A stretch of 64,000 nucleotides of DNA from Lepidodermella squamata. Its lineage: Eukaryota; Animalia; Gastrotricha. Both the position numbers and the translations under genes were made by a program. This document shows positions 45,401 to 58,861 of the stretch, piece after piece. The notes under the pieces were generated by a model. It was not told the DNA's origin. It made no database searches and worked only from the letters and a program-made list of their open reading frames with translations. The DNA is taken from NCBI GenBank assembly GCA_047495785.1, contig JBLDXI010000020.1:868001-932000 (forward strand). Reading direction: 5' to 3'. Each line of letters begins with the position of its first letter. Position 1 is the stretch's first letter.

Positions 45401-47176
45401 TCATGACCAATTTCCACTTGCAATCGCTACACTTATTGCGTAACATAGGATAGCTAGGTAAGCAATCGAAGCCAAGATAAGGGCTGTTAAATCAATTAAA
45501 CGGCTTAGCGATATAGAAACCGGGCGGCTATCATAAGGAGCAGATTTACTACTATAGGTCATGTAATTAAGGTAGATTTTACGGTCGAACACCTTGCGCC
45601 ACGTTCTAGCGTAGCCGCAGCTGATTAGGAAATACAGGGTGCATACGAGTGAGAAAATAAGTTGATGATAGATGAATTCGCTTAGGAAACTGAGTTTCGG
45701 CTTAGATGGCACATGGCTCAGCACCTCGCCCAACATAAAAGTCATAGATAGCATGATAGTCATAGCGAACATAGGTCGATCAGGGATGTGAGGTGCCATA
45801 GAAAAGGCGACAAGTTCCAGAAAACTCAAACATAAACACGGTACTATCAAATTTTTGACGTAGAAATTAGGTTTTCGGCGAAAAGTGATCGCAGCCCGGG
45901 CATAGCTTCGGTTATGGTTGTCGAGTAGCATCAGGCCAGTTTCAGCCTCGGTACTGTCGGCCAGCAGCTCCCAATTATCGTCGAAACGAACGAGTTTTTT
46001 CGTGACCTCGAAATCAACGTGAGAAAACCGAGCCGCCTTCGAATTTTCGTGCATCAAAAAAATAATTTCGCATTCTTGCTATATAATAAAAAAAATCTCA
46101 TTACGTTTGAAAAATGAAAAAAATGGGTGTGCCAAGTGCGCACCCTAAATTTAGGGTTCCAGCACTAAATTTGAGACTCCAGCACTAGATCTCCCCTGAA
46201 TATGGTTTGTCGAATTTCTAGTCTTCACTAGAATCTCAAATTTTTTGTCATCATGGACCTATGAACGGTCAGTTTACGAATTATACTTCATCCTATGCAG
46301 CCGATATCGATTCCAAGTATCGATTTTACAAATCAGTGATTTTCTCGATATCAGCTGTCTTGGAGCCCAACTTAAACAATTTTTCTATGTAGCTTAGGGC
46401 ACCATGTAGCTAGAATACAAATCCTGGGATCCTATAGGAAGGCATCAGTATCGATCAAAAACCGAAAACGCAGAAATCGCAAAGAATTTGAAAAATGTAG
46501 TGCCAGGACGGTCAAATTTAGTGCTGGAACCTCATTTTCAGTGGTGGAAATATTTTGACCCACAAAAAATTTACCTCATCGAAGGGAAAAGTTTCGAAAT
46601 CTTCGTCACACGTGGAGAAAAACGAGCCGAATCGCTGCCACGTGAATTGAAGTGATTCGTTGCGTAGCAGTCTTACGAAAAATCGACTCGTGAAGCCGTC
46701 TGTCATGCCGAAATTCTGCGGCGTGTTTTTGTGCGTGATATGGGGCTTCCAAAAGTGGTCTTCATTAAGGTAGAACAGCGTTTGCTGGGCCACGTGGAAG
46801 TTGCTACACGGCACCTCCCAAATGAACCGAACAGCCCCAGCTAGGGTGAACGTTTCTATAGTCGAATCGAGCTTAAAAAAGATAATTCAAGATTTTTAAA
46901 TAAGCTGTAACCTTGAACGTCATTGATTTCGTAAAGCTGTTCCGGTTGTAGGCGAACTGCTACCCGAGTTTCGTTGCAATGCAGGTTATTTTCAGCCGCG
47001 CCTATGCACGTTGGCGTGTAAGATTCAGGCGATAAATGCGAGCAATTCGCCAGCAATTCAATCGCATGGCGTTTAGTTAAATAATCAATTTTGTGCAAAT
47101 GATGCTCGATTTCCTGGGCGATGACTTGGTTCAGAGCAATACACCAAGCCAGGCCGAAAAAATTACCGAAATTCAT
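45401..47176 (-). CDS. Divergent Cys-loop ligand-gated ion channel subunit A. Exons 47176-46912, 46855-46575, 46078-45401
   Basis: Signal peptide, FWKP, Cys-loop CDEDFETFPFDE|QEC, RRKPNFYVKNLIVP pre-M1, four TM helices. Confidence 0.9.
46122..46495. mobile_element. Interspersed repeat family B, copy 2 (in LGIC intron)
   Basis: Homologous to 14689-15070 with the same terminal hairpin. Confidence 0.7.
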
Positions 47177-47387
47177 CGAAATGCAGGAATTACCAGAATG
47201 AAAGAGTGCAACCTTATTAGGGGCTAGACACGATTAATGATTTCCCATAAATTTTTTACAACCGATTATCTTAGGACCAAAATCATCGTCGATTAAAACC
47301 GGGACTTTTTCATCTCAGACAAGTAATAAAGTTCGAACCGTCTTTTTGCCGTAGTTGTTTGCCAATACCAGAAAGGTAATAAAATTT

Positions 47388-47925
47388 GACCGTTGACAAG
47401 TGAAAAGTGGGGTTTGGCGAATTTTCTGTACAAGTCGCAAAAAAGGGATGATTCTTAGCTTCCAAGATGTTCTTGCGCCGTTTTTCTTGAGGATTCTGAA
47501 TATTCAAATTTCAGACCTCTAGGAGACTCCCATCCTCCTTAAAAGATGGGAAAGTCTTTCAAAATCACGCCGAAAAGTTTATCGATTTAGTTGTTAGTTT
47601 GACGTGGAGCCATTAGCTTAATTCCACCGAAATTGTTGAATATCTAGCAAGATTCCTCACCTCCCCAAAAAATATATACTGCGCATAAGAAAATTAGATC
47701 AAAATATTTATTGCGCGACGCTTAATAATTGATGCAATAAAAAACTCACTTTTTAAGCGCGCATTTTTCGAAATTGAACGTAAACTTCAAAGCCCCATAT
47801 CTCAGCCAGCCTGATGACTATCAACCTCTTTTTGGTATCGTTCGACTCCTCCGTTCATTGACCTTGACATGGCATCAATTTCTCAGAACGTCAGAAATTT
47901 CGCCAACCCCAACTTTTCACCGCAA
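47388..47925. mobile_element. MITE family A, copy 2 (inverted relative to copies 1 and 3)
   Basis: TIR GACCGTTGACAAGTGAAAAGTGGGGTTTGGCGAA / TTCGCCAACCCCAACTTTTCAC; interior is the reverse complement of copies 1 and 3. Confidence 0.72.
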
Positions 47926-47948
47926 TTGTTTTTATTTCGATTTCGATT

Positions 47949-49133
47949 TCACCACAGCATAGATTTTTCTAGCTCTACCATCGTCATTAAAGCCGAGCCA
48001 ATTATTCCGAAATAGGCAATGATGAAAAGTATAAGAAATATAATGTCAATAAAACGTTGGATAGAAATCGGCAGATTTATCAGTGATTTGAAGCTCAGCG
48101 GCATTCGAAATTTCTCCTTCCACGTCATTGAATAGCCGCAGCTTATGATGAAATAAACGCAGGATGAAAACGCGAACAGCAGACATAAATCGGTGAGTTC
48201 AACCAGAAAAACGCGCTGACTCTTCGGCGGGACGCTGCTCATTATTTGACTCTGAACCAGGGTTAGGGCTAGCAGAATAGTCACGGCAAACATCGGCCGG
48301 TCCGGGACAGGTGGCGGCATAGCGAAGGAGACGATTTCAAGCGCTGATAGACAGCAGCAAGGTATCATCAAATGGTAGATGTAGTGATTGGGGACTCGCT
48401 GTAGTGTAAGGCTGAAAGCTGCCACGCTTCGATTATTCCCGTCTATTGCAGCGGCGGAGAGAGTGATCGAATGATTCGCCACAACCCAATTATCTTTCGA
48501 TGTCTTGAATTTATTGCTCATTATCAACGTCGCCGAAGTAAAATTGGCGGCTTCGACGCGTTCTTGCATCAAAAATACAATAGTACATCGCTGCCGATCG
48601 AATGGGAAGTATTTGAAGTCCATTTCGCATAGAGATAGGAATGACCCATATAAGCTCCAGTTGAACTCGACTGAACTCGAACCGGCCGTTTCTTTCATCA
48701 GGAATCTAGTGGCAAAGTTTTGCGATATATCAAAATTACTCAGAGTATTTTGGTGATTTATAGTCGGCTTCCAGAATAAATTATTGTCTATATTGAGGGC
48801 ACGCGAAAAAGCGGCCTGATATGATGGTGAGCTACATTCGCTGAACCAAATAAAGCGTAAGGACGCTGATATGACGAAGGTTTCATCAAGATCGTTGACT
48901 TCCTCCAAATGTTCAGGTTGAAAGGCAATTGATACGTTTGTTTGAGTGCAATTTCCCGTGCGGTTGTAGCCTCGTATACAGGATGGGACGTAAATTTCAG
49001 GTGAGAAATTGTCACATTCCTCCAAAATTCGAGCCTGGTTTTGTCTGACCAAGATCTCAAGATCATTTAATGGAGCCGCGAATGGCGGGCTAACGCTTAG
49101 AATAATAAAAGTTAATGAAAGGAAATTCGCCAT
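47949..49133 (-). CDS. Divergent Cys-loop ligand-gated ion channel subunit B, intronless
   Basis: Signal peptide, FWKP, Cys-loop CEMDFKYFPFDRQRC, QRVPNHYIYHLMIP, M2 PDRPMFAVTILLALT; clear paralogue of subunit A. Confidence 0.92.
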   Translation of the reverse strand: MANFLSLTFIILSVSPPFAAPLNDLEILVRQNQARILEECDNFSPEIYVPSCIRGYNRTGNCTQTNVSIAFQPEHLEEVNDLDETFVISASLRFIWFSECSSPSYQAAFSRALNIDNNLFWKPTINHQNTLSNFDISQNFATRFLMKETAGSSSVEFNWSLYGSFLSLCEMDFKYFPFDRQRCTIVFLMQERVEAANFTSATLIMSNKFKTSKDNWVVANHSITLSAAAIDGNNRSVAAFSLTLQRVPNHYIYHLMIPCCCLSALEIVSFAMPPPVPDRPMFAVTILLALTLVQSQIMSSVPPKSQRVFLVELTDLCLLFAFSSCVYFIISCGYSMTWKEKFRMPLSFKSLINLPISIQRFIDIIFLILFIIAYFGIIGSALMTMVELEKSMLW

Positions 49134-49886
49134 TATACGATGAAAGTTTCCTTACTTCAAGACACAATACTCTCCTCATCCTCCTCAAATATTTTGTATC
49201 AGGTAAATGTTTAATCGGGTATGTACCGATGCCGTTTATTTGTTCAACAACAATCGCTCTTGTTTGCCAAAACGAGCCAATTTACCGACCGATTGAGAAA
49301 AAAACTGGGTTTAATCAGTGGCTTTTCGTTTATTCCGCCCAATCACTTCAAAATGCATCAATCAATGCAGCAAAAATAAGTTCAGGGTCATGTAGTTTTT
49401 TTCACTCATCATCATCAGATATAATATGCAACAATAACATGTTGTTCGCAGTGTCGACGAATTATTTCTCGAATAAATCATAAAATTTAGCGCATTTTAA
49501 TAGACACAGAGAGAAAAAAGATAAACTTTGTATAACAAATAATTTGCCATCGCAAAAATTTACAAGGCTGAAAAATGTATATAATAAGGAAATATAATAA
49601 TGTGTAGCCGAGGTTACGCAGTCGCCATTCGGAGGACACAAGTAATTAAAACTTCAGCGCAGTTTTTTTTCAACTCGAGGTCGCTTTTTCGGAGATATAA
49701 TAATATTATAGAAACGTTGGCCGTGTACACACGTAATTAATAGCCTAATCACCAGGTCGCGATTTTCAATATTATATAAGACAACGATTGCGATTGGTTG
49801 CGACAATAATAACGATATACGCGATTTTTTTCAGAGAAAGAAGTAGAAAGCACGGTGCGCTGTAATTTTTTTCCCAGTAAGAGCGG

Positions 49887-52800
49887 TCACAATTTGCTCT
49901 CGCTCTTCTTAACGATAGGCGCCAGGGCGCTGGATGCTGTGTCACCCTGTTGTTCGAGGCCCTGCACCGAGCCGCCTAAAGTCGCCGGTTTAGGCTGCGT
50001 CGACGCGGCGCTCGACGATATCGACATGGAGGAGCTGCCAGAAAGCGCGGTGGTCGCGGGCGTGCGCGCCCGTATCGACGATGAATCATCGCTCTGATCA
50101 CCCCCGCCTGCCGTCTCCTTACTAGCGCTGCTTGTTCGATGGTGGCACTGCGACGCCGGTTCGTGGGCGCTGGCGGCGCGTTGAGAAGCGAAAGCTGTCC
50201 GCGAGTTGGGCGCGACTTGAATCACAGTTTGAACGCTGGCGCCGCGGCTCAACTCCGGCCGCTGCGATGAATCTTCGGCGTGGTCGGCTGATTGATGAAT
50301 TTTCGCCGCGCCGAGATTGCGCCGCAGCCAAGACGGGTCGACGAATTTTGTCGAATCCGCCGTAGACATCCGCTGGAAATCTGGCGGTGAAACTAGTGAA
50401 ACAGTCGTTGGGACTACGTCAAGAGACGGAGAGGAGAAATCAAAAGACGACTGCTGCAGGTGTTGCCCAGCAAATAATTGATGATCACTCGAGCGGAGTT
50501 GAAGTAGCTGAAGCTGCAGGTGTTGCGTTGCCTGGGAAGCAGCGGTTGCCTCGCGAAAATCAGCCATCATTTGAAGCAGGCCCGACTGAATGCTGAGCAG
50601 GTGAGCTTTCACCTCCAACACGTCCTTCTCGACGGAATCCATCCGCCGCTGTATCGTCTCCATGCTGTCGACCGTCACGCCTCGAGCCTCGACTACAGCG
50701 TCCGAAATGCCCATGAGAACTTTCGGAAAATCAACAAGATTGTGGCACTGCTCGGCGATTTTTCGCTGCTCAAGTTTCACTTTCCTCAGGCTATTAAAAT
50801 AAATTTAACAAAAAATTCCACCTTAATAAAAAAATTACTTTTTAATTGCAGCGAGAAATTTGCGCTGATGTTCGCGAATTTTCGCGCTACTTGGCCGCTG
50901 TACAAGTTTTGAGTACTTGAAAATTAGCCAAGTTTCACGCAGGACATTCGCGGCCGAGTCTTTCAGCTGAAAATGACATTTCATTATTAAAAAATAGTTG
51001 ATTTTAAAGTTGTTACCCTTTTCGAAAGTTGCGTATTCATCATGAAATTGTGGACGTGTTTCTCGGACCGCGTTAGCTCTAGCTTTCGCGCAACAACCGC
51101 AACAACGAGAGCCGTACAACCGGCGCCCATAAAGCCGCTGAAAACAGCGACTGTTCGCCCGCAGTACGTCTCAGGCGCGAAATCGCCGTAGCCGACGGCT
51201 AGGAAAGTTATCGACACCAGCCACATAGAATTCAGCAAGTTGTAGTAGGCAGGATTATGAGCTCTAAAAAAAGAACGGGGTTAATTTTTGCAAAATTGAT
51301 GGCTAGCCTTTGAACTAACGTTTCGCAAACTCTTAGGATCCAACTGCCGATGATGAACATGGTGAGGATGAAGGTCATGAGCACGGTGCCTGGGCACATG
51401 GTCATGAGCGTTTTGAGCACAAATCGCGCGTTGAACGTGATACGGTTCAGCGCGCCAATCGAGCGTGACGACGCGTCGGTGAACAGCCGGCTGTGAAGCA
51501 ACAACAACCGGGCGAGCAGGTACAGGCGTAGGAACATGGGCACGCCGAGCACGACGTCGAGCGAGACGCGTACTTCTTTAACGGCGCTGTCGCTTATCGC
51601 GTACATTTTGATGTTCCAATCGACGGGCAGTGGGTGCACTAAGCAGATGGACATTTCGGCGAGGATGCGCAAAACGCGCAGCGGCGACACGGCTATGCGC
51701 CAGTCGTCCACCGAGTTGTCCACCTTGAAAATCTCTATCTCGATATAGTGGTAGTAGAGCAGCAGTCCGATCAGGACGAGAGTCGACAGAGAAACAACGG
51801 ATTTTAAGAAAATTGAGCAGAATTCCGTCTACAGAGGGGAAAAATAAAAAAATAGATGAAAAATAGGTTAAAAAATCGCACGCGTATTCCCTTTTTTCTA
51901 CCTGGCAAAAAATGTGATTTATGACTGACCGACAGATCTTACTTTGGACTGTCAGTTTTCGAGCTATTAAAAATGCATTCGTTATATTACCTGGGATAAT
52001 AAGAGGCAAAATTAAAAAATTAAAAAAATTGTAGGGTGAATTATAGTGAAAAAAAAGAAAAAAGCCAGATTCTCGACATTTAGTGCCGTAAGCTCAATTT
52101 TAGTGATAAAAGCATGTTGACCTTACCAAATTAGTTATATAATGAAGCATTAAACAGGCGATGACTTCGAAATTGGAAAATAGTTATAGCACTAGTCACG
52201 CCTGGGTGAATTTTGATTAATTTTGTAGTCAATTTTAAGAACCTCGCCCCAAATGTTATGGTATATCAATCTGAAGGATGAGAATGAGATCTTGGTTTAG
52301 GATCGAACTTTCCATGTTGGGACCTTTTATAAACAGAACATCTTTTAGCGGAACCAAATTTGCATTTTGCGGAACCCAAGTCGAAATATGCCAAGAGTCA
52401 TTTTTTAATAATTCTACGAATTTTAGGCGAAGCATGAGTTTTGAATTTGTCTTATTACGCTGAATATATTAGAGTCTTATATATTACGCTGAATTTACCG
52501 CTAATTTTTTTCAGAATTATTGCGGTCAATCTGGACCCGCAAGAAATATCCGAAAAATTAGTTGAGGATACTAGAACATTCCAAACTTTGGTTCCGGGAA
52601 AAAAAGGTCCCTTAAAAAATTCAAAAATTTCTTCCAAATTTCCCGCGGACGTAGAATCATTAGAAAAAAGAAAAAAATTATGTTGTATTTACTTTAAATT
52701 ATTTTAAAAATTGTAAATAAAATGGCTCACCTTGGAACAGACATTTGCCATGGAGAGTTCCGTTTCTAATACCATGATGGCTATACCGATGAGCGCGACA

Positions 52801-53216
52801 ATAGTCGAATAGTCAGCCATGAGCCGGCGTTTGTTGTGCAAACTCCGCCGCCACCCCAACTTGTACCGCGTATTCAACCGGTCGTCCTCGAAGCCGCCGG
52901 CACTTGCGCCCGACCGCGGCGAGTACGGCGGCGATTTAACGCCCGTCGTCGGCTTATTCGCCTCGACGGCGACGAGGGGCAGCTGCTCGGTGGGCTTCTT
53001 GGACGCGACGCCGCCGCTGGCTGCCGGCGACGGCTGGTCGGCGGAGGCGGAGCGGCCGGACACGCCGACGCCTGGGATGCAGGAATGTTTGCGCGAACCG
53101 GACGGCATCGGGTCGGCGTAGATGCGGTTCAACTCGAGCGCCAAGTCGTTGCTACCACCGGCGCCCACCTCGCCGCCGTCCGACGACGGCAGCAGCGAGG
53201 CACGAGCCGCGAACAT
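49887..53216 (-). CDS. KCNN: Small-conductance Ca2+-activated K+ channel (SK/KCNN); 5 coding exons, start uncertain
   Basis: [51 protein letters not shown], pore [10 protein letters not shown], calmodulin-binding [17 protein letters not shown] / [11 protein letters not shown]. Confidence 0.96.
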
Positions 53217-56200
53217 GAGCGCTCGACACAAGCAGATGAACCTTGAAGTTAAAACAGCAATTCGGTCAAGAGCGTTATTCGCCGTTCGTTTTCGATACAG
53301 TATTATGTGGAAATAATGTATTATATCACACGCCGGCGTTCATAATTGAAAAAGGAAATAAATGCGGAAAAAGTTCATCGAGGCGGGCCGCTGGGCTAGA
53401 AAACGAGCGCTGGTCCCCCTAGTCCCGCGGGAGACCGGGGTGAATATTTTATTATCGCCGATTGATGGGATGAGGCGCGGCAAAAAATTCCTATTTTTTT
53501 CTGTTAATGATGATGATTTCTGATGAGAAAATTTTTCGCCGCACTGAGAAAACTTTGTTAAATAATAAAATAATGATTATGATGGCGCGCTCGCGAGTGT
53601 AAATCGTCTCTCAGTGGTAAAGACGCGCCGCCGCTTGTCTTTTGTCAGCAACGGGCCATGTCGCGTATCAACATGTTTTCGCAATATGTAATAATTTTCG
53701 CATTTGCCGGTTTAATACGCGCGGCTGTTTGATGAAAGACACCACCAACCCGCAGGAGGCAAAAAATCGCAAAAAATCAATGGCCCCGCGCCTGTGATTT
53801 AGCGTCGTGTGCAGTATACAGCGTGAGCACACAAGCCGGCCTCGTCGGCCGCTCGCGAGCAAATACCCCCTTTATTATTAGTTTTTCGACTTTTGTGGGC
53901 AACACGGCTAGCGATAAAAAAAACCAACCAGAGCGCGCGCCCACGCTGCCGGAACAAAAAATCGCAACAGTGCGCGCGACGAGGGGGTCTCTGCGGTCAA
54001 GTGGAACGACATACTTAATAATGGTCGTTCCGCAGCTCGAGGGAGAGTCGCGCGACACATTATTATTACAAAACGCGCAAATGACATGTAATGATAATTA
54101 TTCGGGGTAAAACTCACCATTTTTAAATACGTAAATATCATCAAGTCAATCAATCGTTTTTTTTCCTCCGCCTCTCTCCGCGATTTTTCTGTAGTAACAA
54201 TTATAATAATATTGAAGTAAACTCCTTCTCAGCAATCAGCCGCAGTTTGGTGTTAAGTGATAAATATATATAATATAAGATTGCTGATATAAAGTGAATC
54301 CTAATAAGGGGAAAAATCAAGAGGAAATATTATGTTTGAAGATGCTAATTAAGGTTGACGTTTATAAAGAGGACATTGCGTAATTCACGGAATATTGCCG
54401 AGGATGCGCTCCGCTGGGTTGAGGATGATGGCTGAAATGTATCGATAATTACACGCGCCGTCCATTTTTGATTTATCGGCAAATGTGTAGGGTATATCGG
54501 TATATAAGTCGCAGTTTGTTGCAAGCCCCCATCTATACTGGGCGGTTTTTTCCCCCCAATCTACCTACCTCAAAAGGTGTTGAGGCAACGAAAAAATGTA
54601 GAAGAAAAAAAAATCTGGTAATTCTACACACATAAGCGAGCGCAGACGAATCGAACAAAACGGTTCGATCGTGATGATAATAATAAAAGGCGGATGCGGC
54701 TTGAGCAAACGATGCGCTACTTGCTTCAATGCCGCGATCTATCAAACACGATGTATTACGCGAATGAATACAGTGTACAGGCGCGGCGGACGGCGGTGAT
54801 TATCGCAAGCAAGCAAGCAAGTTCTTCGCTAGCTGCTGCCCCGGCTTCAACGCACAGCTCGAAGGAGTACATCCAAGGCACCGCAGTGTAATAAGAGAGA
54901 GCGAGAGAGGGCGAGCAAAGCTGTGATTATTATATAGCCCACGACTCGTGAAAATAAGCTATAGATATAATAAAATCGCGGGCGAGGCTAACTTGCTGCT
55001 GCTGCGCCTTCTTATGATGCACATGCGTGTGTGTCTGTGTATTTTTCTAACCGCTTTTCGCACACACTTTTTTCTAGGCCGCCGCAACAACGCAACATTA
55101 GGAGCCGCCGCCCCCGAAACACCGGGACTATCTAGGCATGTGTTACAGCGGCACCTATTCGCACTTGCGGTTAATAATCGGGCGCGAAAATTCGACGCTT
55201 ACCTATACATGGTTTGATAACAAATTCATCGCTCATTTTCGATGAGTGATAATAAAAAAAAATCGGCAGCAAGTACACTTTGAAAGCCTGCATATTACGT
55301 ATGTACATAGCCTACATATACCGTGGATCTGCGATTGTTTTTCGCTCATCAAAACGGTAACAAATGATTTATTTACGAAGGTGGCGCGCGGCCATGTCAA
55401 AGCTGATATTTGTCATGTAATTCGCTAAGTGAGCATAATACAAAGTGAAACTAGCCGACGCGGCGTTCAAAAATTGATTGTCATACGATGCGCCAAGCTT
55501 CAGCAACTCTAGTATATTATATCGTATAAGGTTGATTTAAAGTCAATTAAAGCGTGAATCGACAGAAATGGGTGATTTTTTTGCGTTGAGTTATCCATTA
55601 AAACACGTGCCTTTACTATATGAGGGCGAGACGGGCGTAGAATTATTATTCGCATGCCGCAGTTTGTCATCATTTCAAACGTATTAATAGGTAATCGATT
55701 TCGCAATATACCTCAGTCTGCGCTATATAATCGGCTCTATTATACCTGGCTTGGCTATATTTTGTAAACTTGAGTTTTCTACATGTCCACGAGCCGACGA
55801 GACGCGCTGTGTCTGCGAATTTGCGATGGAATATGACTTATCGTAGCTTTTATCGAATTGAAGGTGCGACGGGCGCGGCACATATATACGAAATAAAATT
55901 AGGCCGATCAGTCAGATCTTGAATTATCACGCCGGTTTAAAACTCGGATTATTTAAGAGTGATACGCGAAAAAAGGTAAACAAGCTTCAAAATTAACAAT
56001 GAAATTAAAGAAAAATGCGCCGAGATGTTATTATATATTAATTAAGTAGTCCGCCTTATTTTTTTTTATATAAGATGAACTACGCGTTAATAATTTGTTT
56101 ATAGCAAAATGATATATATAATATCGGCATTATTTTTGACATAAACAAATCGGGCCCATTCTGATATTAATATGACCTGGTTCATGAACGCGCAATTCAT

Positions 56201-58861
56201 CGGCGCAATAATTTGCATTATAAATCCATACGCACTGTTGCTAAATATACCACTGAATATATCAAAACAAAAATAAATCGCTAAATATATTTAACGGCAA
56301 GTGTTTGCAATATAGCAACTCGTGCGCCTATCATTTATAAAGAACCCGGCAAAGTGCATCAGATGGCAATTCAGCGATCGAGTGGACTATTAGAGCCATA
56401 TCAATAAAATTTCCATTCGCTGCCTCATTGGGACCCGCTAATATAGCTATTATAATGCCATTATAACAGTCCCATTTCCCGCTGTGAAGTGAGTCAGTTG
56501 AAGATGCGAGTCGAGTTGCGATAAATTATGCGCATCGCATAGTTTCGGATTAAGAATTTTGACGATTTTGTTTCGATATTTGTGATAAAAATTTATGCAG
56601 CGTTTTCGCATCCACCAAGGCGTGAATAAGCGAGCCGTTGTGAATGCATTTGATTAAAAAATAGTTTTACGCGCAGATGGAGAATATTTTCCAATTTTTT
56701 TTTATGCACCTATCGATATGCGAGCCGGGTATGATGTATCTCAAGATAAACAACAATTCGGCTTGGATAAACACGCGACAGGCGAGCGGCGATACTCCGC
56801 TCATTAAACGCTTCATTAGCAATATACGCTTTGTTATTTTTAATTCGCTGTCGTTAAAAAATTGATGATTTTTATTGATATTGAGGTCGGCTTGTATGGG
56901 AAAAATTGGCGATAGAAAACCGGCACGTGTAGAATACACCAGGCTCGAGGGCAAATAAAAGTGTATATAGGCTAGCCAAAATAAGGCTTACCTTTGGTGT
57001 TGTTTCTCCTTCGATATAATTTAAGACGGCTGCTGGCGCGGCTGTCGTCTCGTCACATGGCCGCCACGCTCCGACGGTGTCGAACAATGGGCGATATTTC
57101 TAATAGTAAAGCGAGCAATTGTAATCGAACCGCGTCATCCATATACCTATAAATATAATTAAGCAAACAATAATAAAATTCTTCAGATCGGAGGTGACAG
57201 CAGCTATTTATCTATATATTATTAGGCCGTTTTATTTCTCGAGATGGGTGGGAGCTAGGACGCCACTTGATGCCAGGGCCTTGGCAAGTAAATTGGCTGT
57301 GACCGGCAGATAATTGCGTACACTTGGCCTAATTAACGCGGAATTGAAGAGCGCAACGCGTATAAATAAATGAGCGTATAAAATAAAAATAAATAATATA
57401 GAAAAATATCTATCATATCTCGTTATAGTATATTTTGATTATTTTTTCATCCTCGATGTTTGCGTTAGGTGTATAAAATATTGAGCGATAATATGCGTAA
57501 AAAAATACGCAAAATTTTTTACGCGCGGAAGTTATGTGAGTGTTAGATCTCGATGCTCACGAGCGAAATGATGCGCGTCGGAGGAAACACAGCACTTCTC
57601 GGGCAATACTATAGAAGATTTCTAAACGCCGGCGCGGCGCCGCCCAATTGGCACTTGATGGGCGGCAGCACGCGCATCAACAACGGCGTTACACAGGCTG
57701 CAAATGCAGTTTATATTATTTCTGGACGTTTGTCTGTTGGTGTTATCATTATTTTCACAAGGCGAGCGCTCGATCGCCCACAATTTAAACATTGTGCGCG
57801 GCAAAAAACACGGCGTAATCTCACCAGACAAGCGCGTCCGTTTCCTACACCGCCTGGTGCAGGGTTATCAATAAAAAATGGTGTATAATAAGCCTGAAGC
57901 TGACCGCGATTGATTGACACATCGATGCAGTCCCAAAAACTGGTTTATTGACTTGGGTAAAATGAAAACTTTCTTCCGAGTACAGGAGTTTTTATACGAA
58001 CATTTATTATATCGAATCATTTTATTTATTACACTCCCGTGAATATTTGTATAGAAAATAGCGTGAAACTATTTTCTTGTTTTTATCCTCATTTACTGAC
58101 ACGAAGTTTCGACCACGCCAATTTCTATCGAGTAGCCGGCGTATAATTCAGATGGGACTAATATTTTTAAGGTTTTCATTTAGCTCTTGAGAATTGCGAG
58201 CGTATAAACGAACTTGAGACCAAAATGCCGATGCTCTGATTTTTAGAGAAAAAAGTGAACTAAAAGTAGTGGACTAAATAAACAATAATTGAGAACGTAA
58301 CAAAAGACCAATTGTTATTCGAGTTGCGGTTGGCTGATGATCGATGCGGACACATGCCTCCGATTAAACCGGTGTTTACATTGATAAGTATAGGAAAGTA
58401 TCGGATCCGGGACACATAAATAATAATATCGCTAATTTATTTTGTACCCCCTCACTATTTTGATGGACGCAAAATCACGTAATACCTGTTGAACCAATTT
58501 ATATATATTATAACAAGTCAAAAGGCCCAATAAATAGCGATATCCATATCTATTGCCGATATAATCACAGGTATTATAGTGCAACGTTTGGCCGTAACAA
58601 ATCACGCGCGCGGGCGAAACACTGAACAATGGCGAAAATGTACAGGGAACGTGCTTACTGCTTGGATCCTATATCCTATCATTATTTTTATTGTTGTCTT
58701 TCCGCGTGCTATCCGCCGTCGATTTATCAGCGCGTGCAATTGCTGCTGCTGCTGCTGCTTCCAATATATTATTGCCTCGTTGAATAAATAGAGCAATTAC
58801 TCAAATCACCCCCCACTTTTTCAGCGGGTGGTTCGTATAGAAACTCCCCGTCCAAAGTATC

